26,957 nt of DNA from a virus (Duplodnaviria > Caudoviricetes), in IMG/VR virus record IMGVR_UViG_3300033559_000291, positions 1-26,957 of that record. One strand, written 5' to 3'. Position 1 is the stretch's first letter. The number at the start of each line of letters is the position of its first letter. The notes beneath the pieces were generated by a model. The model did not search any database. It was not told the origin of the DNA and was given only the letters and a program-made list of their open reading frames with translations. Made by a program: the position numbers and the translations under genes. Positions 6,638-14,383 of this stretch are shown piece after piece.

Positions 6638-7026
6638 AATTCCATATGATATTTTTGGCAATCTTCACAAATATAGAAACTCCCCATATCATCAACATCA
6701 AGAGGCTTTCGACATACCTCGCACGGCTTTTTCCCAGAAAGAACATTGACACTTTCATTGCCGTTCACTATCCCGCCTTGACTAAAAAGATTTTCTTCCA
6801 GGACCGAAACCATGTGCTCTTTTCGGAAGTGCACCAGATTTCCGCTATCATTTTCGTAGTAGTGCCAGTGATCAGTTTCAAGGTCTCTTCTATACCAGCC
6901 ATAAAACTCAAACTCTCCATGCGTTGTAGTAATGGTGTAGAATTTAGCTGGCGTGCCATTTTTTGGCAATGGTACTGTTCTATTAGTCTCATTATGAGAT
7001 TGTTTTTTGACATGCTTTTTATTCAT
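6622..7026 (-). CDS. Hypothetical protein with C-terminal zinc ribbon
   Basis: CEVC..CEDC; GGAGG RBS; ATGA overlap with the upstream gene. Confidence 0.75.
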   Translation of the reverse strand: MNKKHVKKQSHNETNRTVPLPKNGTPAKFYTITTTHGEFEFYGWYRRDLETDHWHYYENDSGNLVHFRKEHMVSVLEENLFSQGGIVNGNESVNVLSGKKPCEVCRKPLDVDDMGSFYICEDCQKYHMELKGRL

Positions 7027-7175
7027 TCAAAATCCTCCCTGCAGAGGCAAATATTATCTTTCCCATCCCAATGCACATATTCGCATTGTGCGAATAACTC
7101 TCGACCATCGTCACGATGTGCCGAGCACTCTCTCCAATCATCCGCTGTACAGATGCACTTTCTAAAATCTGTCAT
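7023..7175 (-). CDS. 50-aa Cys-rich hypothetical protein
   Basis: MTDFRKCICTADDWRECSAH...ICLCREDFE; AAGGA RBS; TGA overlaps the next ATG. Confidence 0.65.
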   Translation of the reverse strand: MTDFRKCICTADDWRECSAHRDDGRELFAQCEYVHWDGKDNICLCREDFE

Positions 7176-7189
7176 TTCATTTCCTTGAT

Positions 7190-7219
7190 AAAGAAAAGCT
7201 ATGAGGAGTTCCTCATAGC
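7190..7219 (-). terminator. Intrinsic terminator
   Basis: GCTATGAGG-AACT-CCTCATAGC-TTTTCTTT on the minus strand. Confidence 0.75.
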
Positions 7220-7227
7220 CGTATTGG

Positions 7228-7383
7228 TTATTTTGTATTCATTTTGCCATGCTTATCATAGAATCTTTCTTTGGGAATCATCTTCCCAGTTCCATCTTCA
7301 TACAGGACAAAAACATAGTTCTCATTATTTTTCTTGCAGAATATAACAGAATGGACTACTTTTCGGTCTTTGTACGAATCCAT
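7228..7383 (-). CDS. Hypothetical protein, 51 aa
   Basis: MDSYKDRKVVHSVIFCKKNNENYVFVLYEDGTG...; AGGA upstream; ends just before the terminator. Confidence 0.55.
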   Translation of the reverse strand: MDSYKDRKVVHSVIFCKKNNENYVFVLYEDGTGKMIPKERFYDKHGKMNTK

Positions 7384-7465
7384 TCAAGCATTCCTACTCG
7401 TAAATCAATGCCTTTAATCATCTTCAACCTCCAAAACCTTTGACATCAAAGGTTATCAAATGTTT

Positions 7466-8032
7466 TTATATGTCCAAACAGTAATTGTAGTCAACTTTCT
7501 TTTTTATGCGAATGTTCTCGATGTCGTGCTGATAGGCAAATTCACCATGCAGTTCTATAGCCTTTTGATTGTAGGCTTTGCACGCTTCCTTTAGCGTTCG
7601 ATAATTCCCCATAAAATGCTTCTTGCCGTCTTTTGTGACCTCGACACGATAGCTTTTGCCAGTGTCAGCAATCCCTTTGAGACCAAGACTGCTCCTTGAA
7701 GAAACTCCTCTATTCCATGTATTCTGCTGCTGTGTCACTAATCTGAGATTACTGAGATCATTATTGAGGCTATTTCTGTCTATATGGTCAATAACTCCGT
7801 TCAGATCACCAATGAATGTTTCATATAAAACACGATGCAAAAGAGCGAGGTGGTATTTATTGCCCATCTTGATACTGATGGACTTATAAGACCTGTTTTT
7901 ACCAGTGAGTTGCACGGGCATCGGCTCAATAACTCCTTTTTTAAGATAGAAACAATCTCCAGCTCTTGTGACAAATAGGTTATCATAGACAACCCCTTTA
8001 TATCTCATGTTGCACTTTTGGTCAGTCATCAT
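7466..8032 (-). CDS. HNH endonuclease with C-terminal AP2 DNA-binding domain
   Basis: LHRVL..IDHIDRNSLNNDLSNLRLVT.QQN (HNH_3); GLKGI..YRVEV..HFMGNY.T..EA..AYN..A..LHGEFA (AP2). Confidence 0.92.
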   Translation of the reverse strand: MMTDQKCNMRYKGVVYDNLFVTRAGDCFYLKKGVIEPMPVQLTGKNRSYKSISIKMGNKYHLALLHRVLYETFIGDLNGVIDHIDRNSLNNDLSNLRLVTQQQNTWNRGVSSRSSLGLKGIADTGKSYRVEVTKDGKKHFMGNYRTLKEACKAYNQKAIELHGEFAYQHDIENIRIKKKVDYNYCLDI

Positions 8033-8193
8033 TTTTTACCGATTCCAAAACATTCAAGGAGGAGAGCTGCTATACTTTCCTCTGCCTCTCTCGATATGCA
8101 CTCGCATTCCAAAATGCTACTCAAAGTATTGATAAAATGCTCTGCTTTGTCAGTTTTGATGGTTACCTGTAATTCTGCTACTATTTTTGACAT
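8029..8193 (-). CDS. Hypothetical protein, 54 aa
   Basis: MSKIVAELQVTIKTDKAEHFINTL...; AAGGAG RBS; TGA overlaps the HNH start. Confidence 0.65.
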   Translation of the reverse strand: MSKIVAELQVTIKTDKAEHFINTLSSILECECISREAEESIAALLLECFGIGKK

Positions 8194-8195
8194 CA

Positions 8196-8447
8196 CTACT
8201 CCTTGCTTAATTTCTGTTGAGCTTCCAGTATCTCGGCTATCCTTTTTGACATCCGTAAAAAGTATTCAAAACCAATACCACTTTTTGCAATATCTTCAAT
8301 GCGACCATCGTGATCGCTCCAGTTGTAAGTATGAGAGGCAACAGTCTCAATAATCAATGCAAAATCAGAGGCAGTTGCATAGCACAGATGCCTGATAACA
8401 TCTTCATTGTCAATTTCTACGGTTATTTTTATTTCTTTCTTGGTCAT
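8196..8447 (-). CDS. Hypothetical protein, 83 aa
   Basis: GGAGG RBS; first gene of the leftward unit. Confidence 0.7.
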   Translation of the reverse strand: MTKKEIKITVEIDNEDVIRHLCYATASDFALIIETVASHTYNWSDHDGRIEDIAKSGIGFEYFLRMSKRIAEILEAQQKLSKE

Positions 8448-8585
8448 ACTTCCTCCACCTTTCTTTCCAATAAAATACTATTTGCGTGGGGAAAATGAAT
8501 AAAAAAATTAAAAAACATTAAAAAAACTACCAACAACATAAAACATATTGTATATTGAAGCTGAACATAACAACGGAGGTTCAAA
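8448..8585. promoter_or_regulatory. AT-rich divergent promoter region
   Basis: Intergenic between divergent units; TGTATATT at 8549-8556; A-tracts and three AACATA copies. Confidence 0.55.
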
Positions 8586-8756
8586 ATGAGCTTAATGACT
8601 GGAAGAGCACTTGCTAAAGAGTTAGGTGTAACTCCTGCAACAATCATCAACTATGCCAAAAGAGGCATGCCTTTTGTAAGAATAGGAGCACATAGAAAGT
8701 ATGTTGCTGAACATGTTCAGGAGTGGCTTAAAAACGGAGGGGAGGCTTCAAAATGA
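8586..8756 (+). CDS. Excisionase/MerR-like helix-turn-helix protein, 56 aa
   Basis: MSLMTGRALAKELGVTPATIINYAKRGMPFVRIGAHRKY....VQEWL (HTH_17-like); GGAGGT RBS; missed by the ORF track. Confidence 0.85.
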   Translation: MSLMTGRALAKELGVTPATIINYAKRGMPFVRIGAHRKYVAEHVQEWLKNGGEASK

Positions 8757-9028
8757 ACATAAATCAAATTATGATGCACTCTGATGATATTTGGGTTTTA
8801 GAGTGGAGTAATCAGCAGAGATGCTTTCACAGAAGCTCTTTGAGCGAGTCTCTTGGTAACAACATCGAAAATATGATTGAGAATCGTGGGGTTGATTATC
8901 AGGTTGTTGCTATTGGTACTTATGAGCAAATCAGTGATGCAAGCGAAAAGTTTAGACAGATAGTATACAAGGAAACTGGTGGAGTTAAGATTTTCAAGAC
9001 CATTGATGGAATGGAGTATTATCTATGA
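8753..9028 (+). CDS. Hypothetical protein, 91 aa
   Basis: GGAGG RBS; ATGA overlap. Confidence 0.75.
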   Translation: MNINQIMMHSDDIWVLEWSNQQRCFHRSSLSESLGNNIENMIENRGVDYQVVAIGTYEQISDASEKFRQIVYKETGGVKIFKTIDGMEYYL

Positions 9029-9055
9029 GCAACAATAAGGATAGGGAGGCAAAAC

Positions 9056-9949
9056 ATGGCAAGACCAACAAAGCAAGGAATTGACTATTTCCCACTCGAT
9101 TGCTACGATGACGATAAAATAAAGTTTATAAGAATCAAGTATAAGCTTGCTGGTGTTGGTGTTGTTTTTGAGCTTTTCAGACATATCTATTCTCAGGGGT
9201 ATTGGTGCAAATGGTCAGACGACGAGGCAATAATATTCTCTGATGAAATTAAGGCAGACTATGAGCTTGTTGTAAATGTTGTCGAAGAGTGCCTAAAGAG
9301 GGATGTTTTTAACCATTCTATATTCAAGAGTTTTGGTGCTCTCACTTCTAAGGGGATTCAGTCAAGGTACAAAGAGGCTTGCAGAAGAAGAAAGGATATT
9401 GAGATAGTAAAAGATTATTTGCTTTTTGACGGTCTAAATTCAAATTGCCAACACAACGACGGAAATAATGGAGTTAATGACGGCAATAATGGAGTTAATG
9501 ACGGCATAGTGACGGCAGAAGTACAGCAAAACGGAGTTAATGACGGCAAAAGTACACAAAGTAAAGTAAAAGAAATAAAAGAATATAAAGAGGCAAAAAA
9601 TCCATCCAAGAATTCGGATAATTTTTATAACAGTGTTCCTAAATATTCCGAATTTACTTTTCAGACCATCGAGTATTGGAATAAGAGGCTCGACACAAAC
9701 TATAAGCCTCTGCCAATGTTTGCTGAAAAGGTTGAGTCAAGAAAAGATAGCGTTGATATTGGCTCAATGATGAACGCAATAGATGCAGTAAGAAAAGAGA
9801 AACGCAAAGACGATACGATTTATAGGGATATTGACCTTGTAAAGTTTTTTAGCTCTGATAAAATTTTTGAATACTTTGTATCTCTCGGTGTTGAGCTGGA
9901 GGCAGAGAGAGTCAGAGAAGAAAAAAGAAAGGAAGTAGGTTTCAGATGA
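9056..9949 (+). CDS. Phage replication initiator (DUF4373/Lin1244-like N-terminus)
   Basis: MARPTKQGIDYFPLD..DDKI..I..KY...G..IY..GY...W..LTSKGIQ.RY; central iteron-encoded linker; next to the helicase. Confidence 0.85.
   Translation: MARPTKQGIDYFPLDCYDDDKIKFIRIKYKLAGVGVVFELFRHIYSQGYWCKWSDDEAIIFSDEIKADYELVVNVVEECLKRDVFNHSIFKSFGALTSKGIQSRYKEACRRRKDIEIVKDYLLFDGLNSNCQHNDGNNGVNDGNNGVNDGIVTAEVQQNGVNDGKSTQSKVKEIKEYKEAKNPSKNSDNFYNSVPKYSEFTFQTIEYWNKRLDTNYKPLPMFAEKVESRKDSVDIGSMMNAIDAVRKEKRKDDTIYRDIDLVKFFSSDKIFEYFVSLGVELEAERVREEKRKEVGFR
9458..9600 (+). repeat. Iteron-like direct repeats plus A-rich tract: probable replication origin
   Basis: 21-bp tandem GACGG(A/C)AATAATGGAGTTAAT x2; core GGAGTTAATGACGGCA at 9470, 9491 and 9533; A-rich 9557-9600. 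Confidence 0.75.
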
Positions 9950-11343
9950 TACTATACGACCACGATAAAGAGAGGCTTATATTGGCTTCTGTTATTTCAG
10001 ATGCTTCTGATTACGGTAGCAACAGCGTTATGGCTGATGAAATGCTTTCAGTTCTTGAGCATGATGATTTTCATAGCCCACTGCATAGCACTGTTTTTGA
10101 TGCAATTTTGAAATGTAGGAATAAAAATGTTCCATCTGATTTGGGTCAAATGTCTACAATGATCCCAGACGAAGCAGTTTTCATATCTTCTTGTTGCAGT
10201 GTCTATTCTACGACAACAAAAATAGATAATCTCTGCCAAGACATTAAGATTCTTACAAGGGGTAGAAAAGTTAGGCAGTCAGCAGAGGCAACAATTCACG
10301 CATTAGACACTGGTAATGATGTCTCTCTTGCAATATCTAACGCAGAAAAGATGATGTTTTCTGCAACTGAGGAGAAAACAATATCAGACGAATCAGGAAC
10401 AATTAGAGATAAAAGACAATCTTACATGAAAGAGATAGAAGAAGAAATGGTTATGGATGATGCCATAATAGGCGTACCATCTGGTTTAACAGCACTTGAT
10501 AATCTTGTTATGGGATTCCGAAAAACAGAGCACATAATACTATCAGCAAGACCATCAATGGGAAAGTCGGCATTTGCGGTATCTATGATGGTTAGGCAGG
10601 CAAAAATGGGCTTTAAGCCTGTTATGTTTTCGCTCGAAATGGGAATGAGAGAGCTTCAAAACAGATACTATTCGGCATACTCTGCCATAGATGGTGGGTT
10701 TTCAGTAGCTTTTCAAGACCTAAGAACTCCAAAAGTCAGAAATGCAGTTGATAAAAATGGCAACATAGTCAAAGACCATAATGGCGACATGATTATAAAA
10801 GGGCTCACAGTTGAAAAACTGAATAGGCTTGGTGGGATTATGCAAGACAAATCAAATGCTAATATCTACTTGGATTGCTCGCCTTATAACACTGTTTCAA
10901 GAATATGCTCTATCATTCGCAGGATGGTTGCTTCTGGAAATTGTGACATTGCATATATTGACCATTATCTATTGCTTGTAAAAGACGAATCACGAGAGCG
11001 TGAAGAGCTTAACGGTATAGCAAAAGCGTTCAAAAGGCTTGCAATAGAGTGCAAAATACCTATCGTTGGTATACACCAACTTGGAAGAGAAGTTGAGAAG
11101 CAGAATAGGAAGCCAAGAATGAGTGATCTTTCTGGAAGTGGTGCAATAGAACAATCTGCCGACATTATACTTTTTCCATACAGAGAAAGCGTTATTGGTG
11201 GAGACAAAAAACCATCAGAAGCAGAGTTGATAATTGGAAAAGGAAGGAGCGTTGAGGGAGGTTGCTTAGACCTGCATTTTGATACCGTAACGGCTTCTTT
11301 TATGGACAAAAAAGGTGAGGATTACGATGGAAAAAGATTCTAA
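9946..11343 (+). CDS. dnaB: Replicative DNA helicase, DnaB family
   Basis: GVPSGL..LD...G, ARPSMGKS Walker A, FSLEM, IDHY, QL.R, P.MSDL..SGAIEQ.AD. Confidence 0.95.
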   Translation: MILYDHDKERLILASVISDASDYGSNSVMADEMLSVLEHDDFHSPLHSTVFDAILKCRNKNVPSDLGQMSTMIPDEAVFISSCCSVYSTTTKIDNLCQDIKILTRGRKVRQSAEATIHALDTGNDVSLAISNAEKMMFSATEEKTISDESGTIRDKRQSYMKEIEEEMVMDDAIIGVPSGLTALDNLVMGFRKTEHIILSARPSMGKSAFAVSMMVRQAKMGFKPVMFSLEMGMRELQNRYYSAYSAIDGGFSVAFQDLRTPKVRNAVDKNGNIVKDHNGDMIIKGLTVEKLNRLGGIMQDKSNANIYLDCSPYNTVSRICSIIRRMVASGNCDIAYIDHYLLLVKDESREREELNGIAKAFKRLAIECKIPIVGIHQLGREVEKQNRKPRMSDLSGSGAIEQSADIILFPYRESVIGGDKKPSEAELIIGKGRSVEGGCLDLHFDTVTASFMDKKGEDYDGKRF

Positions 11344-11345
11344 AT

Positions 11346-11375
11346 AAAAAGACCATCGTTTGAGCAATGGTCTTT
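11346..11375. terminator. Terminator-like hairpin after dnaB (better on the minus strand)
   Basis: AAAGACCAT-10 nt-ATGGTCTTT with the longer A tract upstream. Confidence 0.55.
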
Positions 11376-11444
11376 AGCAAAAAACAGTTTTAAAAGAAGA
11401 TTGGCAGATCTTATCAACCCAAAAATAGTATTGGAGCAGTAAAA

Positions 11445-11936
11445 ATGCAAGGAAGAACAAAGTCGGATTATCTTGAAATATTAAATAAGCTGTGTAATGC
11501 TTATGATTGCCCTTTGACAGTTGCTATGGAGCACGCTGGACTTGACAAAAAGAAAAATAGATATATGTTCTACGGCAGTATTGTTAAGAGACAAATTCCG
11601 AGAAGAGGGAGTAACTGGTTTACTAAGTTTTTTCGGATACTCAAAGCTCTGAAAGATGCAAGACGACAAAAGAGCATTAAAACGGCATCTTTAATGGTCA
11701 GATATGACTTTGTATCAACTAATGCTTTTCTTGAAGAAATTGGCATTCCTTTGTTCGTCTGGAAGAATTTTAAATCATCTCCAATGTATAACAATGCAAG
11801 CGTTATTGTTGAAAGGCAAATTTCTGGGTATACTTTTAGTGCAGATTTAGAGCAACTCCCGATTGAAATTGTTGGCGGGGAGCTTGACTATTTGCCGTAT
11901 GACATGAATATTCGGGAATATGAAGCGGAATGGTGA
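11445..11936 (+). CDS. Hypothetical protein, possibly two HTH-like segments (late regulator position)
   Basis: GGAG RBS; LTVAMEHAGLDK and TNAFLEEIGIP resemble HTH turns; function weakly supported. Confidence 0.55.
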   Translation: MQGRTKSDYLEILNKLCNAYDCPLTVAMEHAGLDKKKNRYMFYGSIVKRQIPRRGSNWFTKFFRILKALKDARRQKSIKTASLMVRYDFVSTNAFLEEIGIPLFVWKNFKSSPMYNNASVIVERQISGYTFSADLEQLPIEIVGGELDYLPYDMNIREYEAEW

Positions 11937-12124
11937 AAACTGTCTTAATCAACGCACACTTTCTATTTGCTATGTTGATAAGTATTTTGAAGTACGATGA
12001 AAGAGAGAATAACTTGATAGGGTTTATTATGGCTATTGTGATTATGGCAGTCGCCTTTTCGGTTGCAGTGGTATCACTTGGTGTATATGAAATTTTGAGA
12101 CAAATAAATTGGATGGTAAAATAA
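11930..12124 (+). CDS. Small membrane protein
   Basis: Hydrophobic LIGFIMAIVIMAVAFSVAVVSLGVY; overlaps its neighbours. Confidence 0.55.
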   Translation: MVKTVLINAHFLFAMLISILKYDERENNLIGFIMAIVIMAVAFSVAVVSLGVYEILRQINWMVK

Positions 12125-12327
12125 TGGGTAAAGAATCCGACAATCATATGGTATTTTCAGATAAGTTTGGCAAAAATACAACAGCAGGTCAAAAGGTTGC
12201 ATTTTTGGGAGATAATGGCATGTATCTCGCTGGTGTCGTTTTGCAAAAAGATGGTAGGATAGCCATTGTCTCGGAACTGGGTCGGGTAGAGCGGTTTAGA
12301 CTTTCAGAGATTTGGAGGAAGCACTAA
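12124..12327 (+). CDS. Hypothetical protein, 67 aa
   Basis: TAATG coupling; ends directly before terS. Confidence 0.6.
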   Translation: MGKESDNHMVFSDKFGKNTTAGQKVAFLGDNGMYLAGVVLQKDGRIAIVSELGRVERFRLSEIWRKH

Positions 12328-12798
12328 ATGGCTAATGATCTTTCTGAATATACCTTGATATGCCTTGAAAATGCTGTTGCCAATGGTGCAAAGACCAATG
12401 CAGAGATGGCACAGGCTTTGGGGTGGAGCGAGAGCAAGTTCAGGAATGTCAAAGACGGAGATAGGAAGAATGGCGTAGAAGAATCAGCCAGAATAAGCCA
12501 AGCTATAAAAAAGGGCGAGGAAAGGCAATCGGATGTCTTCCTTGCTCTTGCCGAAAACTCACTCAAAAAACTTGTTGCAGGTTTTGAATATACTGAAGTA
12601 ACTGTTGAAGTTTCTGAGTCAGAAAAGGGAACTTTTAACAAGACAAAAACAGTCAAAAAGTATATAAAACCTGATACTGCAGCAGTGATTTTCACTCTTG
12701 TGAATAGCGGAAAATGGAAGAACACTGGCTATACTGTGGAATCAAAAGAGCAACCAACCGAACTAAGAATTGGCTTTTCTGACGAGGAGGAGTCTTGA
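12328..12798 (+). CDS. terS: Terminase small subunit
   Basis: N-terminal HTH (NAEMAQALGWS), ENSL.K...G.EY.E..K...PDTAAVIF.L.N; upstream of TerL. Confidence 0.8.
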   Translation: MANDLSEYTLICLENAVANGAKTNAEMAQALGWSESKFRNVKDGDRKNGVEESARISQAIKKGEERQSDVFLALAENSLKKLVAGFEYTEVTVEVSESEKGTFNKTKTVKKYIKPDTAAVIFTLVNSGKWKNTGYTVESKEQPTELRIGFSDEEES

Positions 12799-14078
12799 GT
12801 CTACCGCCAAAAAATGTTGTGATAAGCAAAAGGGCAATCAACGAAATATATCTTGATGCCCTTTCCTGCAATAAGAGATACCAAATCTACTATGGCGGCT
12901 CATCGTCTGGCAAGAGTTATCAGATGATGCTCTATGCTCTCCTTTGGGCTATGGAGGGTAGAAATATCCTTTGGTGTCGTCAAACACTTACATCAATAAC
13001 CGATTCATCATGGGCAGAGGCAGAGGCTATAATTTCAGCTTATGACCTCGACGACTTCTTTAAGCTCAATAAGACCACAAAAAAGATTACCTGCATCAAT
13101 GGTAATGGTGGTATCATTATTTTCAAAGGGCTTGAAAAGGTAGAGCGAATCAAGTCTATCCGTGGTAAAAGAGCAATTGATACGGTTATTGTCGATGAGG
13201 CAACGGAGATTCTTGAGGCGACATATAATCAGCTTCTACTTCGTCAAAGAGGGCTTACAAAGTTCAAGAAGAGAATTATTCTCCTTTTTAACCCTGTCAA
13301 TATTGATCATTGGATATATGAGCGGTTTTTTGCAAAGATGATTGATGGTGGCTTGTGGGATGGTCGGAGCTATACAGGTGCCGATATTCACATTCTCAAA
13401 ACGACATATCGGGATAATAAGTTTTTGGCAGAAGATGATCTAAAAGTCTTTGAGGATTTGGAAGAGCAGTCGCCCTATCATTTTCAAGTCTACGCCAATG
13501 GTGAATTTGGTACTCTCGGTGATAAGATTTTTACCAATTTTGAGATTAAAGAGTTTGAGCCAAATAGGAGTATTCAGTTTCATTGTGGTTCTGACCTTGG
13601 GTACTCTGACCCGTGCACCTTTGCTGTTACCCAAATTGACGAACGGCAAAAGACCATTTTTGTGGTTGACGAAACAGGGGGAGTTGGTTTGTTGCCAAAT
13701 AGTTTTTCTGAAAAAATCAAAGGGACATTGGCAAACAACAATCTTCCTGCCAATCAGCTTATTCGGATGGATGACAATGAGCCTCGCTTTATGGAACAGC
13801 TCAAAGCGTTGGGGATAAATGCAGTCAAGGCGAAAAAGCAGGGTGTTCTTGCTTCGTATTTGTGGTTGATGCAGTATAAAATTGTGATTCATCCACGGTG
13901 CAAAAATACCATTCAAGCGTTCAAAAATAGCGAGTGGCAAAAGGATAAGGCGACAGGAAGAAATAGTGATGAACCAGTGCACCAGTACACTCATTACATT
14001 GATGATATTCGGTATGCTCTACAACCTTTTTGGTCGGCAAGCGGTAAGATTGTTGGTTCAAAATCAAGCCTATACTAA
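12795..14078 (+). CDS. terL: Terminase large subunit, PBSX/SPP1-like
   Basis: YGGSSSGKS Walker A, VIVDEATE Walker B, LFNP, DLGYSDP, HYIDDIRYA; TTG start with GAGGAGG RBS. Confidence 0.95.
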   Translation: MSLPPKNVVISKRAINEIYLDALSCNKRYQIYYGGSSSGKSYQMMLYALLWAMEGRNILWCRQTLTSITDSSWAEAEAIISAYDLDDFFKLNKTTKKITCINGNGGIIIFKGLEKVERIKSIRGKRAIDTVIVDEATEILEATYNQLLLRQRGLTKFKKRIILLFNPVNIDHWIYERFFAKMIDGGLWDGRSYTGADIHILKTTYRDNKFLAEDDLKVFEDLEEQSPYHFQVYANGEFGTLGDKIFTNFEIKEFEPNRSIQFHCGSDLGYSDPCTFAVTQIDERQKTIFVVDETGGVGLLPNSFSEKIKGTLANNNLPANQLIRMDDNEPRFMEQLKALGINAVKAKKQGVLASYLWLMQYKIVIHPRCKNTIQAFKNSEWQKDKATGRNSDEPVHQYTHYIDDIRYALQPFWSASGKIVGSKSSLY

Positions 14079-14122
14079 TGCTTTTGTTATATATTATCAG
14101 CGAATACTAACAAGGAGTAATA

Positions 14123-14383
14123 ATGCTTACAAATGTAACATTCAAATTGCAGAGCGAAACAGTACGGAGAGTGAGAGCAATTCGGGAAGAATCATATCGT
14201 AAAAATGGCTCTCGTATATCTGACGACCAGTTCATTAACGACCTTTTAGAGCTTTCCGAAAAAGCAACTGTTGTGACAAAAAAAGGTGAAGAGCCTGTTT
14301 CTCAGTCAGCTACTATTCTTAACAGCTTGCTAAATTCTGCATCATCAGGAATCCCTAACAGCTTGCCTAATACTGATGCCTGA
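14123..14383 (+). CDS. Small protein with RHH-like N-terminus
   Basis: AAGGAG RBS; TNVTFKLQSETVRRV..ISDDQFINDLLE. Confidence 0.6.
   Translation: MLTNVTFKLQSETVRRVRAIREESYRKNGSRISDDQFINDLLELSEKATVVTKKGEEPVSQSATILNSLLNSASSGIPNSLPNTDA

Noticed and set aside
7466-8032. Intron-encoded status of the HNH gene
   Set aside because: It is coupled to the upstream ORF and no split host gene or intron core is evident; treated as free-standing
8444-8650. 68-aa minus-strand ORF
   Set aside because: Overlaps the well-supported + strand HTH gene and the AT-rich promoter region
10680-10815. Intein in DnaB
   Set aside because: Far too short and lacks the C/S...HN splice motifs
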